IMG/VR virus record: IMGVR_UViG_3300007734_000752 | Origin: an uncultured virus (IMG/VR IMGVR_UViG_3300007734_000752) | Lineage: Duplodnaviria > Heunggongvirae > Uroviricota > Caudoviricetes | Strand: one strand, 5' to 3' | Length of the DNA: 64,000 nucleotides | Shown: positions 38,326-48,171 of the stretch, piece after piece | Numbering within the stretch: the first letter of the stretch is position 1 | Layout: every line of letters begins with the position of its first letter | Made by a program: the position numbers and the translations under genes | Notes under the pieces: generated by a model | Told to the model about the DNA's origin: nothing | Databases searched by the model: none | The model's input: the letters and a program-made list of their open reading frames with translations, nothing else

Positions 38326-38407
38326 TAAGTCATTGAGTTATAAGGTGATTGCAATAAAGCCCTTTATAATTAAGGACTTACGTCACTTATCCACAGACTT
38401 ATCCACA
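38326..38407. promoter_or_regulatory. Two perfect DnaA boxes plus two IHF-like sites
   Basis: TTATCCACA at 38387 and 38399; 12/13 matches to WATCAANNNNTTR at 38326-38338 (-) and 38368-38380 (+). Confidence 0.6.
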
Positions 38408-38694
38408 GGTTATAGAGCTGAATACATCAGCCCCTTGTGGTCAGCTACCCCCATCTTCCCTGGCTGAGTAGTGTGTATGGGGAGGGAAAAGAATTCTTTT
38501 ATATATTTTATATATAACAACTTATAACTACTCTTATAGTTTATAAACAAGGGGAGGTATATAACTACTATAGTAGTAATAATAATACAACACTATAAAA
38601 ACACTACTACAGTACATATACTATATATAACTACTATATATAGTACTACCCTAGAGTCTCAATCCCGTAAGGGCCTAAATAGAGAAGATACAAT

Positions 38695-38733
38695 CCTTAC
38701 GCCAACCTTACAGTTGGCTTACAAAAACCTTAC
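38695..38733. repeat. Four (C/G)CTTAC direct repeats at an 11-bp period
   Basis: Starts at 38695, 38706, 38717, 38728. Confidence 0.7.
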
Positions 38734-38882
38734 AAAGGCTTTTGCCATCCTTATAAAGTGACTGCCTTCTTTTTTTAATTTTTTTTTGGAAAAAACAAAA
38801 AGCCCTTTTAAAGGGGGAATTTGCTTGTTCCCTCAAAACTGTGGTTTACTTCAAACCTTATCTAGTTATGGGGTTTGTAGCA

Positions 38883-39431
38883 ATGCGTAGAGGAACATCA
38901 AAGTGGAATCCACACAAGAAGGCTCGGTGGACAGAGCAACAGAAGCTACAAGCCGTAGCAACCTACGTCATGCTAGGCAATCTGACTGAGACAGCTTTAG
39001 CTACAGAGATCCCTCGGTACACTCTTAGAGAGTGGAAAGTAAAGGACTGGTGGAAAGACCTAGTTAACCAGATCAGGGAAGAGGATGTCCAGCAACTGGA
39101 CAGTAACCTCCAAAGGGTTATCCAGAAGGCTCTAAAAGCTACAGAAGACCGTCTGGATGCTGGTGAATACCAATACGACCCAAAGACTGGCAAGGTCATT
39201 AGAATCCCGGTTAAGGCCAACATAGCGCTTAAAATCACAACAGAGCTACTCACCAAACAAGAACACATGAGAGACAAGCCAGAGCGTATGGAGGTTGAAA
39301 AAACCATTGACGCTAGGTTGGCTAAGTTGGCTGATGAGTTTGTTAAGTTCTCCTCTGCAAGAACTATCAGTGGTAAAGCTTCTAATAATTTAACAGCTAT
39401 AGAAGCTGTAGTAGTCTCTCCTTCTTCTTAA
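38883..39431 (+). CDS. Terminase small subunit (putative)
   Basis: HTH-like N-terminus (LTETALATEIPRYTLREWK); first gene of the late arm; start uncertain. Confidence 0.65.
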   Translation: MRRGTSKWNPHKKARWTEQQKLQAVATYVMLGNLTETALATEIPRYTLREWKVKDWWKDLVNQIREEDVQQLDSNLQRVIQKALKATEDRLDAGEYQYDPKTGKVIRIPVKANIALKITTELLTKQEHMRDKPERMEVEKTIDARLAKLADEFVKFSSARTISGKASNNLTAIEAVVVSPSS

Positions 39432-39445
39432 AAGGGTTAAACATT

Positions 39446-39700
39446 ATGGCTAAGAGTCCTGCTTGGCAACGCAAAGAAGGCAAGAACCCCAAAGGGGGGC
39501 TAAATGCTAAAGGCAGAGCTTCGTACAACGCAGCTAATCCAGGTAAGCCTGGGCTTAAAGCACCCCAACCTAAAGGAGGTAGTCGTAAGGCTTCCTTCTG
39601 TGCAAGGATGGGCGGCATGAAAAAGAAGCTTACTTCTGCTAAAACAGCTAATGACCCTAACAGCCGTATCAACAAGAGTCTTAGGGCTTGGAAGTGTTAG
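39446..39700 (+). CDS. Small basic conserved phage protein
   Basis: GGLNAKGRASYN, RKASFCARM, AWKC; homolog of 10510..10767. Confidence 0.75.
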   Translation: MAKSPAWQRKEGKNPKGGLNAKGRASYNAANPGKPGLKAPQPKGGSRKASFCARMGGMKKKLTSAKTANDPNSRINKSLRAWKC

Positions 39701-39705
39701 AGGTT

Positions 39706-39894
39706 ATGGCTACCAAACCTAAATCTACAGTAAACGCTGCTGGCAACTACACTAAGCCCACTCTTCGTAAAAAGATTGTGGCCCAAGTAAAAGCTGCTGC
39801 TGTACAAGGTACAGGCGCTGGTCAGTGGTCTGCTCGTAAAGCACAACTTGTGGCTAAAAAGTACAAATCTAAAGGCGGAGGGTACAAATCATGA
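39706..39894 (+). CDS. Small basic protein (GQWSARKAQL...GGGY)
   Basis: Conserved-looking motif, GAGG RBS. Confidence 0.7.
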   Translation: MATKPKSTVNAAGNYTKPTLRKKIVAQVKAAAVQGTGAGQWSARKAQLVAKKYKSKGGGYKS

Positions 39895-40040
39895 GTAAAA
39901 ACGCAACTCACTATCTACCGGATGGTAAGGTCTACAAGGGCAAACTCCATAAGACAGGCAATGTTTTGATGACTGGAGCAAAACATACAGCTACAAGTAA
40001 AGTTCTAAGCCATACGCCCCCTAAAACCCCAAAAAAATGA
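39891..40040 (+). CDS. Small basic His/Lys-rich protein (not in ORF track)
   Basis: Hand translation MSKNATHYLPDGKVYKG...; ATGA coupling at both ends. Confidence 0.65.
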   Translation: MSKNATHYLPDGKVYKGKLHKTGNVLMTGAKHTATSKVLSHTPPKTPKK

Positions 40041-40270
40041 AGAATCCGCAGCAATCTCTTAAAAGTTGGGGTGACCAGAAGTGGCATACCAAGTCAGGCA
40101 AGCCCTCATCAAAGACAGGTGAGAGGTATTTGCCAGAAAAAGCCATTAAAGCCCTAACTGTTGCAGAATACGCTGCAACTACAAGGGCTAAACGCAAAGG
40201 TAAGGCAGCAGGTAAGCAGTTTGCCGCCCAACCCAAAGCGATTGCAAAGAAAACAGCAGGATACAGATAA
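40037..40270 (+). CDS. Small basic protein (DUF5872-like)
   Basis: QQSLKSW..QKW.TKSGK...GERYLP. Confidence 0.7.
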   Translation: MKNPQQSLKSWGDQKWHTKSGKPSSKTGERYLPEKAIKALTVAEYAATTRAKRKGKAAGKQFAAQPKAIAKKTAGYR

Positions 40271-40446
40271 TGGCTAAAGAGAACTGGATTGCTAAAGCAA
40301 CAAAAAACAAAGGTGGCTTACATCGCAGTCTTGGAATACCGATGGGTACAAAGATTCCTGCTGCTAAACTCTCTGCTGCTGCTTCTAAAAGCGGCAAAGT
40401 AGGCAAACAAGCCAGATTAGCTAAGACCCTCAAGGGCTTTAAATAA
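40270..40446 (+). CDS. Small basic protein (not in ORF track)
   Basis: MAKENWIAKA...GLHRSLGIP...ARLAKTLKGFK. Confidence 0.65.
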   Translation: MAKENWIAKATKNKGGLHRSLGIPMGTKIPAAKLSAAASKSGKVGKQARLAKTLKGFK

Positions 40447-40529
40447 AGAGTTCGTGTCTTTTTCTCTAAAAGGCTGAGCAACGTAGCTGTTACTAGTAAC
40501 ACCAACCCCAAAAAAGGAACGGAAATAAC

Positions 40530-40670
40530 ATGGCTAAAATGATGATGAAGAAGCACCCCGATGAAAAAGAAGACAAAGCCCCCATTAAAAAAATGATGAA
40601 GGCTTCTGCTGGTGCAAAAAAACCAATGGCTCCCAAAGCTAAATCTAAGATGGCTAAAAAGGGCTACTAA
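40530..40670 (+). CDS. Small Lys/Met-rich protein (not in ORF track)
   Basis: MAKMMMKKHPDEKEDKA...KKGY. Confidence 0.6.
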   Translation: MAKMMMKKHPDEKEDKAPIKKMMKASAGAKKPMAPKAKSKMAKKGY

Positions 40671-40679
40671 GCCCTTAGT

Positions 40680-42206
40680 ATGGCTGAAAGCCGTTTATCC
40701 GCAGAGGTTCTTGAAGGGTTTATCTGTAGTGTCCTGAGAAGGAACTTTGATGATCCTGCGGATAACGCTGAGTTTCACAGAGAAATCTGGCAATACGTTT
40801 GTTCTCCAAGCTCTAAAGTAGCCATTGCAGCACCGCGTAACCACGCCAAAAGCACCGTAGTAACCCACGCCTATACCCTAGCGGCTGTCCTATTCAGAGA
40901 ACAGACTTACGTAATTATTGTCTCTGATACTGTTGGTCAATCCGTACAGTTCCTCGGAGACATCAAAAAGGAACTGTTAGAGAATGAAGATCTTAGAAAT
41001 TTGTTTGGTGTCAGAGAGTTCCTTAAAGACACTGAAGACGACCTTATTTGCAGCATGGATGACGGGCACTTGTTTCGTATTCAAGCTAAGGGGTCTGAAC
41101 AAAAACTAAGGGGCTTGAAGTGGAAGAACCGTAGGCCGGGGCTTATCGTTGGGGACGACATGGAAAACGATGAGATTGTTATGAACCGAGACAGGCGGTT
41201 GAAGTTTAAACGCTGGTTCTATGGAGCTTTGCTTCCAGCCCTGTCTGACAAAGGTAAGATTAGGTTAGTAGGCACTATTCTTCATCTTGACAGTCTTCTT
41301 GAGAACCTGATGCCTAGCAGTCTTCTTAAGACTATTTCAGGAGGCCACAAGAGCCTTATTCGAGAAGACTTAAAGGAGTACACAGACATAAGGCTGTCTT
41401 GGAAGTCTATCAAGTACCGAGCACACACAGACGACTACAGCAAACTTCTCTGGCCCCAAAAGAAATCTGCCAAAGAATTTAGAGCTATGAAGGAAGACTA
41501 CGCTAGACAGGGACTGTCTGATGTCTACAGCCAGGAAATGTTTAATGTCCCTGTAGATGAAGCAGACACCTTTTTTAAAAAGCAAGACTTTGTAGCTATG
41601 ACTGGAGACCACAAAAAGAAAAAACTTTTGTATTACATCACTTGTGATTTAGCAGTATCTCAGTCTCAGAAGGCTGACTATTCAGCTTTTTGTGTTGCAG
41701 GGATGGACGATGAGAACAAACTTCATCTAGTCCATGTTGTAAAAGAGAGACTTGACTCTTTACAAATAGTGGATACTATGCTTGCGTTACAGAGGATCTA
41801 TAAGCCGGTACTCTTTGGAATCGAAAAGGGTGTCATTCAGAAGTCGATAGGCCCATATCTTAATGAGGCAATGCAAGAGCGCAACGAGTACATCAGCATA
41901 GCTCTACTAGCTCCGTCTGCTGACAAACTTACCCGCGCTAGAAGCATACAAGCCAGAATGAGAGCTGGGGCTGTAAGATTTGACAAAGACTCTGATTGGT
42001 ACCAGTCTTTTGAGGATGAATTACTTAGGTTTCCACGTGATAGGCACGATGACCAGGTAGATGCGTGGGCATACTTGGGATTGATGCTTGATAAAATGTG
42101 GGAGACCCCCTCCGAAAAAGAAGACGAGGACGAAGAGTACCGCCTTATGGTTCGTAAGCTTCAGTCTGACGATATGGTGGGCAGAAGCCCCGTTACCGGA
42201 TACTAG
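40680..42206 (+). CDS. terL: Terminase large subunit
   Basis: APRNHAKST, IVGDDME, VGT, DLA..ADYSA, HDDQVDA. Confidence 0.92.
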   Translation: MAESRLSAEVLEGFICSVLRRNFDDPADNAEFHREIWQYVCSPSSKVAIAAPRNHAKSTVVTHAYTLAAVLFREQTYVIIVSDTVGQSVQFLGDIKKELLENEDLRNLFGVREFLKDTEDDLICSMDDGHLFRIQAKGSEQKLRGLKWKNRRPGLIVGDDMENDEIVMNRDRRLKFKRWFYGALLPALSDKGKIRLVGTILHLDSLLENLMPSSLLKTISGGHKSLIREDLKEYTDIRLSWKSIKYRAHTDDYSKLLWPQKKSAKEFRAMKEDYARQGLSDVYSQEMFNVPVDEADTFFKKQDFVAMTGDHKKKKLLYYITCDLAVSQSQKADYSAFCVAGMDDENKLHLVHVVKERLDSLQIVDTMLALQRIYKPVLFGIEKGVIQKSIGPYLNEAMQERNEYISIALLAPSADKLTRARSIQARMRAGAVRFDKDSDWYQSFEDELLRFPRDRHDDQVDAWAYLGLMLDKMWETPSEKEDEDEEYRLMVRKLQSDDMVGRSPVTGY

Positions 42207-42221
42207 TCAAAAGAGAGAGAT

Positions 42222-44327
42222 ATGGAATACACCTACAATCTAAAAACAGATGATCTGATCTACGAACCAAACATTGCAGATCTTCTAACTGAAGACCAAC
42301 TACAAAGTATTGGCAATCAAATAGTACAAGACTTTGATGCAGATCTTCAGAGTCGCACAGTCTGGGAAAAGAAAATGGAGGCCAGTATGAAGCTGGCGCT
42401 CCAAGTGACCGAGACAAAGAACTTTCCTTGGCCTAACGCCAGTAACATCAAGTTTCCTCTTGTTACCATTGCAGCTCTTCAGTATCACGCTAGAGCCTAT
42501 CCGACTCTTATCAATGGAGACACTCCGGTTAAATGCCGCGTAATTGGCGAAGACTCAGACGGAGAAAAAACCAAACGAGCAGAACGTATCGAAACTCACA
42601 TGAGTTACCAGATACTGGAAGAGGATGAAGCGTGGGAATCTGAGATGGACAAAGCTCTCATAACACAACCAATCATTGGCTGTGCTTTTAAAAAGAGCAT
42701 GTTTGATCCTATACGTGGTAAGAACATCAGCGAGAACATACTTGCTAAAGATCTAGTAGTTAACTACTGGACTAAGACCTTAGAAACAGCTCCTAGAATT
42801 ACTCATGTATTGTTTTACAGTAAGAATGATATTTATGAACGTGTAGTACGAGGTCTTTGGAAAGATGTTGGCGTTGAGCGCCCTACTGAATCTGGCAGTC
42901 TTGGAGAGAATCGAACTCTCAATGCAGCCAGCATTAAAGCCCAAGGGCTAACGCCGCCCCAACCAAATGACCACAGTACCCCTTACGAAATCCTTGAGCA
43001 GCATCGCTACTTTGATTTTGATGGTGATGGGTACGAAGAACCCTATATCATTTATGTGCGTAGAGATACTCGTAAAGTAGCTCGCATCGTAGCTCGTTAC
43101 TTTGAAAGTAGTATCCAGCGTAACGATAAGGGTGTGATCCTTTGCATAACGCCGGAACACTGTTTTACTAAATACCCCTTTATTCCCAGCCCTGATGGGG
43201 GCTTCTATGATCTGGGTTTCGGTGTTCTTCTTGGGCCTCTTAACGAATCTATTAACACCCTCATCAATCAGCTTGTTGATGCTGGAACAATGTCTGTCAC
43301 AGCCGGTGGTTTTCTTAGCCGAGGAATCAAAGTACGAGGTGGCAATTATTCCTTTACGCCTTTGGAGTGGAAACACGTAGATAGCACTGGAGATGACCTT
43401 AAGAAGGGAATTATGCCCCTTCCAGTTCGTGAGCCTAGCCAAGTTTTGTTTACTCTTCTTAGCCTTCTAATTAACTACGGAGAACGTACAGGCGGGGCAG
43501 TAGACATCCTTGTAGGACAAAGCCCCGGCCAAAACACTCCTGCTGAGACTAGCCGCACAGTAGCTGAAGAAGGCAAGAAAGTCTTCAATGGAATCTTTAA
43601 ACGTACTTACCGATCTCTTAAAAACGAGTTCCGTAAGCTTTACCGCCTTAACCAGTTGCACATTACCGAGAATATGACTTTTATTTCTGAAGCTACGGAT
43701 AGGGGCGTAATTCTGGTTAAGGACTATGAAGGAGACTCTAGTGATGTAAGGCCATCAGCAGACCCAAGCATCACTTCTGACACCATGCGGCTACAACAAG
43801 CTATGGCACTGCAAGCAGCAGTTACCGCAAATCCGGGCTTGTACAATCGCTACGAAGTTGAAAAACGATTTCTTAAAGCTATTCGAGTGCAAGACATTGA
43901 CCTCTTGTTGCCTGACCCTACTGGCCCAAATAAAATTGAACCTGGAGTTGATCCTAAACTACAAATCGAACAAATTAAAGCTAAGACAGCAGAAGCTGCT
44001 ATTGACCTCAAGATGAAACTTGGGCTATTGAAAATAATGAAAGATGCTGAAATAGCCCAAGCTAAAATCTTTAAGTTAGAAGCAGAGGCCAAACTAATAG
44101 AAACAGAAGTTGGTACAGTTGAAAGCAAACAAAAAATAAGCGAAATAAATACTGCTATTAGTCTACAACGAGAACGTCGTGAGGGGATTCTTAGCAGTGT
44201 TGAGACCATGACTAAAGCTTTTGGAATGATGGGAGGAGCCGAACAGCCCCAATCACCAATGCCAGAAGAGCCAGTATTGCCTGAACAAACAATGCCGCAA
44301 CAACAAGCAATGGAGCAACCTGTATGA
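42222..44327 (+). CDS. Portal protein
   Basis: 701 aa after terL; FPWPNASN; INQLVDAG; coiled-coil C-terminus. Confidence 0.85.
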   Translation: MEYTYNLKTDDLIYEPNIADLLTEDQLQSIGNQIVQDFDADLQSRTVWEKKMEASMKLALQVTETKNFPWPNASNIKFPLVTIAALQYHARAYPTLINGDTPVKCRVIGEDSDGEKTKRAERIETHMSYQILEEDEAWESEMDKALITQPIIGCAFKKSMFDPIRGKNISENILAKDLVVNYWTKTLETAPRITHVLFYSKNDIYERVVRGLWKDVGVERPTESGSLGENRTLNAASIKAQGLTPPQPNDHSTPYEILEQHRYFDFDGDGYEEPYIIYVRRDTRKVARIVARYFESSIQRNDKGVILCITPEHCFTKYPFIPSPDGGFYDLGFGVLLGPLNESINTLINQLVDAGTMSVTAGGFLSRGIKVRGGNYSFTPLEWKHVDSTGDDLKKGIMPLPVREPSQVLFTLLSLLINYGERTGGAVDILVGQSPGQNTPAETSRTVAEEGKKVFNGIFKRTYRSLKNEFRKLYRLNQLHITENMTFISEATDRGVILVKDYEGDSSDVRPSADPSITSDTMRLQQAMALQAAVTANPGLYNRYEVEKRFLKAIRVQDIDLLLPDPTGPNKIEPGVDPKLQIEQIKAKTAEAAIDLKMKLGLLKIMKDAEIAQAKIFKLEAEAKLIETEVGTVESKQKISEINTAISLQRERREGILSSVETMTKAFGMMGGAEQPQSPMPEEPVLPEQTMPQQQAMEQPV

Positions 44328-44587
44328 GTATTCCTGTAACTAGACAGGACTATGAGGATTGGGCAACTAATCCTTGTACTTTAAAATTTATGAAGAAGCT
44401 TAAGGAAGAACGCGAGCAAATGAAGGAGGGGCTAGTGAGTGATATTTACGAACACCCTGAAGTAGTAAAAGGAATGTGCAAATCAATCGCACTTATTTTA
44501 AATTTAGAGTATGAGGACTTACATGAGCCAAAGTATGACAGTCAGCGGAATCAACCCGGTGGGACACAGGATTTTGATCTTACCTAG
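44324..44587 (+). CDS. Hypothetical protein
   Basis: Coupled to the portal gene. Confidence 0.6.
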   Translation: MSIPVTRQDYEDWATNPCTLKFMKKLKEEREQMKEGLVSDIYEHPEVVKGMCKSIALILNLEYEDLHEPKYDSQRNQPGGTQDFDLT

Positions 44588-44891
44588 AGACATAGCAGAA
44601 AAAACAGCAAGCGGTATTATTCTCGCTACAGAACAAGGGCGAGAGCGAGAACAGATGTCAAACACTACTGGCATAGTTATGTCAATGGGCGAAAGCTGCT
44701 ACGAAGAAGCAGAAAAACCTTGGTGTGCAGTTGGAGACAAGATAGCTTTTGCTAAGTACGCAGGACTTTTGTATGTAGGCAAAGACAGTAAAAAGTACCG
44801 GATTATTAACGACACCGACGTTACGGCTGTATTGGATTCTGACGTTGAGTTAGTTGATCCGTATCTTGTTACTAAGAACATGACGAGTTAG
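44511..44891 (+). CDS. groES: GroES-like co-chaperonin
   Basis: PVGHRILI, EKTASGIIL, VGDKI.F.KYAG, IINDTDV; true start probably a few codons downstream. Confidence 0.88.
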   Translation: MRTYMSQSMTVSGINPVGHRILILPRDIAEKTASGIILATEQGREREQMSNTTGIVMSMGESCYEEAEKPWCAVGDKIAFAKYAGLLYVGKDSKKYRIINDTDVTAVLDSDVELVDPYLVTKNMTS

Positions 44892-44917
44892 TTGACTAGG
44901 GCATTTAAAAGGAGTAT

Positions 44918-45781
44918 ATGATGGCTGAAAATGAAGCTAGTAACCAAGGAGTTTCTGAGACAGAGGGTTCTGAAGTAGACGCAAGTGTCATTCAGGAAGC
45001 TGTGTCACAGGGTTGGGTCTCTAAGGAAAAGTACCGTGGTGATGAAAAAGACTGGGTTGATGCCGAGACTTTTGTTAAGCGAGGTAGAGAAATTCTTCCT
45101 ATCCTTAGGAAGAACAATGAAAACCTTCTTAAAGAACTTAACCAAACCAAAGAGAACCTGAAAGAATTCAAACAAGCAGCAGACGAATTCAAAAAGTTTC
45201 AAAAAGCAACCTACGACCGTAAAGCCAAAGACCTAGAAAACCAAGTTGAGCAGTTGCGCGAAGCACGTGCTCAAGCTATTTCTGATGGTGACGGTAAGCG
45301 AGTAAATGCTCTTGACGATGCCATTGACACCGCCAAAGAGGAAGTTAAGCAAGCTAAGGATGACAGTGTTAAGGTGGCAGAGGTCAAACCAACGCCTAAC
45401 ATAACTAGCACTATTGATCCTTCACTTCAATCTTGGCTAGATAGTAATGACTGGTTTGGAAAAGACAAGAGGCATACCTCAATAGCTAACGCTCTTGGCG
45501 AGACAATCAGGCAGGAAATGCCCCACCTTACAGGTAAAGCATTCCTTCAAAAGCTAGATGAAGTTCTGGAAGAAGAGTTGCCACAACGGTTTGGTAAGAC
45601 TCAACGAACCCCCAACTTTACTGCTGAGTCAGGCAGCAATAGGCCAAGACCAAATCAGGGAAACGGAAAACGTGGCTATAACGATCTTCCTTCAGAAGCT
45701 AAACAAGCTTGCGACAGATTTGTTAAGCAAAAGCTAATGACTAAAGAACAGTACGTACAAGAGTACGACTGGTCTTCCTAA
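44918..45781 (+). CDS. Scaffolding protein (putative)
   Basis: Acidic coiled coil upstream of the capsid genes. Confidence 0.7.
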   Translation: MMAENEASNQGVSETEGSEVDASVIQEAVSQGWVSKEKYRGDEKDWVDAETFVKRGREILPILRKNNENLLKELNQTKENLKEFKQAADEFKKFQKATYDRKAKDLENQVEQLREARAQAISDGDGKRVNALDDAIDTAKEEVKQAKDDSVKVAEVKPTPNITSTIDPSLQSWLDSNDWFGKDKRHTSIANALGETIRQEMPHLTGKAFLQKLDEVLEEELPQRFGKTQRTPNFTAESGSNRPRPNQGNGKRGYNDLPSEAKQACDRFVKQKLMTKEQYVQEYDWSS

Positions 45782-45800
45782 CTAGAAAGGAGTTACTATC

Positions 45801-46316
45801 GTGTCTCGCGCTAAAACTATTGAAGATAAACGTGATGAAGCTATGGCAGAAATTGCCCAACGTCGTCAAGCAATCAATGAACCTACTCCAGCTAGCAATG
45901 GTGCCACTCGCCGCAAACGTGGCGTGTTTAATGGAACTAAGGGTAAACTGTCTGTAGACGCAAATATTCCAGGTTATCATTTGCACATTATGAATGATGA
46001 CAAGACAAGGATTCAAGACGCACTGGATAACGGCTATGTGTTCGTTAAGCCAGAAGAAGTTGAGGGACTCTCGGATAACGTGGTTGCCAGAAATGGCGAC
46101 TTAGGAGATAGCAGGATACGTTTCTTGGTTGGCTCTAGAGATAAAGGCGACCCAATGTACGGATACCTGATGAAGATTCAGCAAGAATGGTTTGAGGAAG
46201 ATCAAGCTGAACTTCAAATAAAAAACGATAAGATTGATTCTGCCATTAGGAAAGGCAACATTACTGGGGTTGACCCAATGTTGTATGTTCCAAAAGACGG
46301 TATCAAGCTTTCTTAA
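45801..46316 (+). CDS. Hypothetical head-module protein
   Basis: GGAG RBS, position. Confidence 0.65.
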   Translation: MSRAKTIEDKRDEAMAEIAQRRQAINEPTPASNGATRRKRGVFNGTKGKLSVDANIPGYHLHIMNDDKTRIQDALDNGYVFVKPEEVEGLSDNVVARNGDLGDSRIRFLVGSRDKGDPMYGYLMKIQQEWFEEDQAELQIKNDKIDSAIRKGNITGVDPMLYVPKDGIKLS

Positions 46317-46340
46317 ACTTTATCTTTGGAGTAATTTAAT

Positions 46341-47018
46341 ATGGCTAATACCAACAAAATTAACGGGTTTAGTCCCGTTGGTTATTTGAATGGTGCCGCC
46401 TACTCTGGTCAAGCTCGTATGTACGCTATCCCTACTGCGGATACCACTGCTTCCTATGCTATCGGTGACGTTGTTCAGTCAGCCGCTGGTTCGGATGCAA
46501 ACGGTCTTCCGTATGTTATCAAAGTTCCGGTTGCTAATGCTTCCAACTTTGTAGCTCTTGGGGTTGTCGTAGGTGTGAGTGTGGCCGATGCGGGTGTGTC
46601 ACTGGTCGGTACTTCTCTTAGTTTAGAAACTACGTATATTGTATCTGGCACTCGTACTGCTGTTCGATACGTCTATGTAGCAGATGATCCTAATCTGTTG
46701 TTTGAAGTTAGTGCTGGTACAACTGCTACGAATGTCACGCTTGCCAAAATGCGATATAACTCTGGCATTGCGTCAAACTATTCGGGTGCAGATCAAACCT
46801 ATGCTATTAGTCAGAACACGTATTTGGCTCCGTCTTCGCCGTACTCAAACATTATTCTGTCGAGTGCTACGATGAATACAACCAACACGTTGCCCGTTCA
46901 AATGCTGGGCCTGTCTCAAAAGCCCGATAATGCGATTGGAGCTTATGCTCGAATCCTTTGTCGGTTTAATAATCACGAGTTTGGTGTTGCCACTGGCACA
47001 AACTTCACTGGTCTGTAA
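46341..47018 (+). CDS. Putative capsid decoration or cement protein
   Basis: GFSPVG..., VADDPNL; precedes the capsid gene. Confidence 0.6.
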   Translation: MANTNKINGFSPVGYLNGAAYSGQARMYAIPTADTTASYAIGDVVQSAAGSDANGLPYVIKVPVANASNFVALGVVVGVSVADAGVSLVGTSLSLETTYIVSGTRTAVRYVYVADDPNLLFEVSAGTTATNVTLAKMRYNSGIASNYSGADQTYAISQNTYLAPSSPYSNIILSSATMNTTNTLPVQMLGLSQKPDNAIGAYARILCRFNNHEFGVATGTNFTGL

Positions 47019-47030
47019 GGGGAAACTATT

Positions 47031-47951
47031 ATGGCTGGAATTATTACAACTGGTAGTCACCCCAAAGCACTTTGGCCTGGAGTCAAGGCGTGGTGGGGGC
47101 AAGTTTATGACGAACATAAGACCGAATATACTGATCTGTTTGATACTGACAACTCGAATCAAAACTACGAGGAAGATGTTCAACTGACCAGTTTTGGTTT
47201 GGTTCCGATTAAAAATCAAGGCCAAGCGGTTACGTATGACTCAGAAGTTCAAGGCTTTGTTACCCGCTATACGCACATCGCGTATGCAATGGGTTACATC
47301 GTTACGAAAGAAGAGCTGGACGACAACCTGTACGAAACGATTTCTCGTAAACGTGCATCAGCTTTGGCTATGTCTTTCCGTCAAACGAAAGAAAATGTTG
47401 CAGCTAACATCTACAACCGTGCATTTAACAGCACGTACAAAGGTGGCGATGCGGTTGAGCTTTGCTCTACTAGTCACCCAAATACGACTGGCGGTACGTG
47501 GGCCAATAAGCCTTCCGTAGATGCTGACTTGAGTGAAGCAGCTCTGGAAGATGCAATGATTGCAATTATGGGTTTTCAAAATGATCGTGGTCTGTTGATC
47601 TCGGTTATGCCCCAAACCTTGCACATTGCTCGGAACGAGGTGTTTAACGCACAACGTATTTTAAACAGCTCGTACCAACCGGGTAATGCTAACAACGACA
47701 TCAACGTAATTAAGTCTGGGAACTATATTCCCGGTGGTTTTAAATGTAACCACTACTTTACGGCTGCTCATGCTTGGTTTATTCGGAATAGCATTCCGGG
47801 TAAAACTGGTATGAAGCACTATGAGCGCGTTAGCATTATGTTTGACCAAGACAATGATTTTGATACCATGAATGCGAAAGCTAAGGGGTATGAGCGTTAT
47901 TCGTTTGGTTGGAGTGATCCCCGCGCTATCTGGGGTGTTAACGGCCCGTAA
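47031..47951 (+). CDS. Major capsid protein
   Basis: HPKALWPGVKAW...ERYSFGWSDPRAIWG; followed by a hairpin. Confidence 0.85.
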   Translation: MAGIITTGSHPKALWPGVKAWWGQVYDEHKTEYTDLFDTDNSNQNYEEDVQLTSFGLVPIKNQGQAVTYDSEVQGFVTRYTHIAYAMGYIVTKEELDDNLYETISRKRASALAMSFRQTKENVAANIYNRAFNSTYKGGDAVELCSTSHPNTTGGTWANKPSVDADLSEAALEDAMIAIMGFQNDRGLLISVMPQTLHIARNEVFNAQRILNSSYQPGNANNDINVIKSGNYIPGGFKCNHYFTAAHAWFIRNSIPGKTGMKHYERVSIMFDQDNDFDTMNAKAKGYERYSFGWSDPRAIWGVNGP

Positions 47952-48171
47952 CAAATTAATTTGTTACTAATAACACGGAGAGGGATAAACCCCTCTTCGT
48001 GTATTACTCAAAGGAGCTACAATGAGTTTTGAACGAGAAAAAGAAAAAGGAAAGCGTCCTACGCCTTCTGTTCCTAAACGTAGTAAGTAGTACAACACTC
48101 TAATGATGATGCTGCCTTTACTATAGGCGGTGTTGTTTAAAGAACACTGTTATCAACAAAGGAGAAATACA

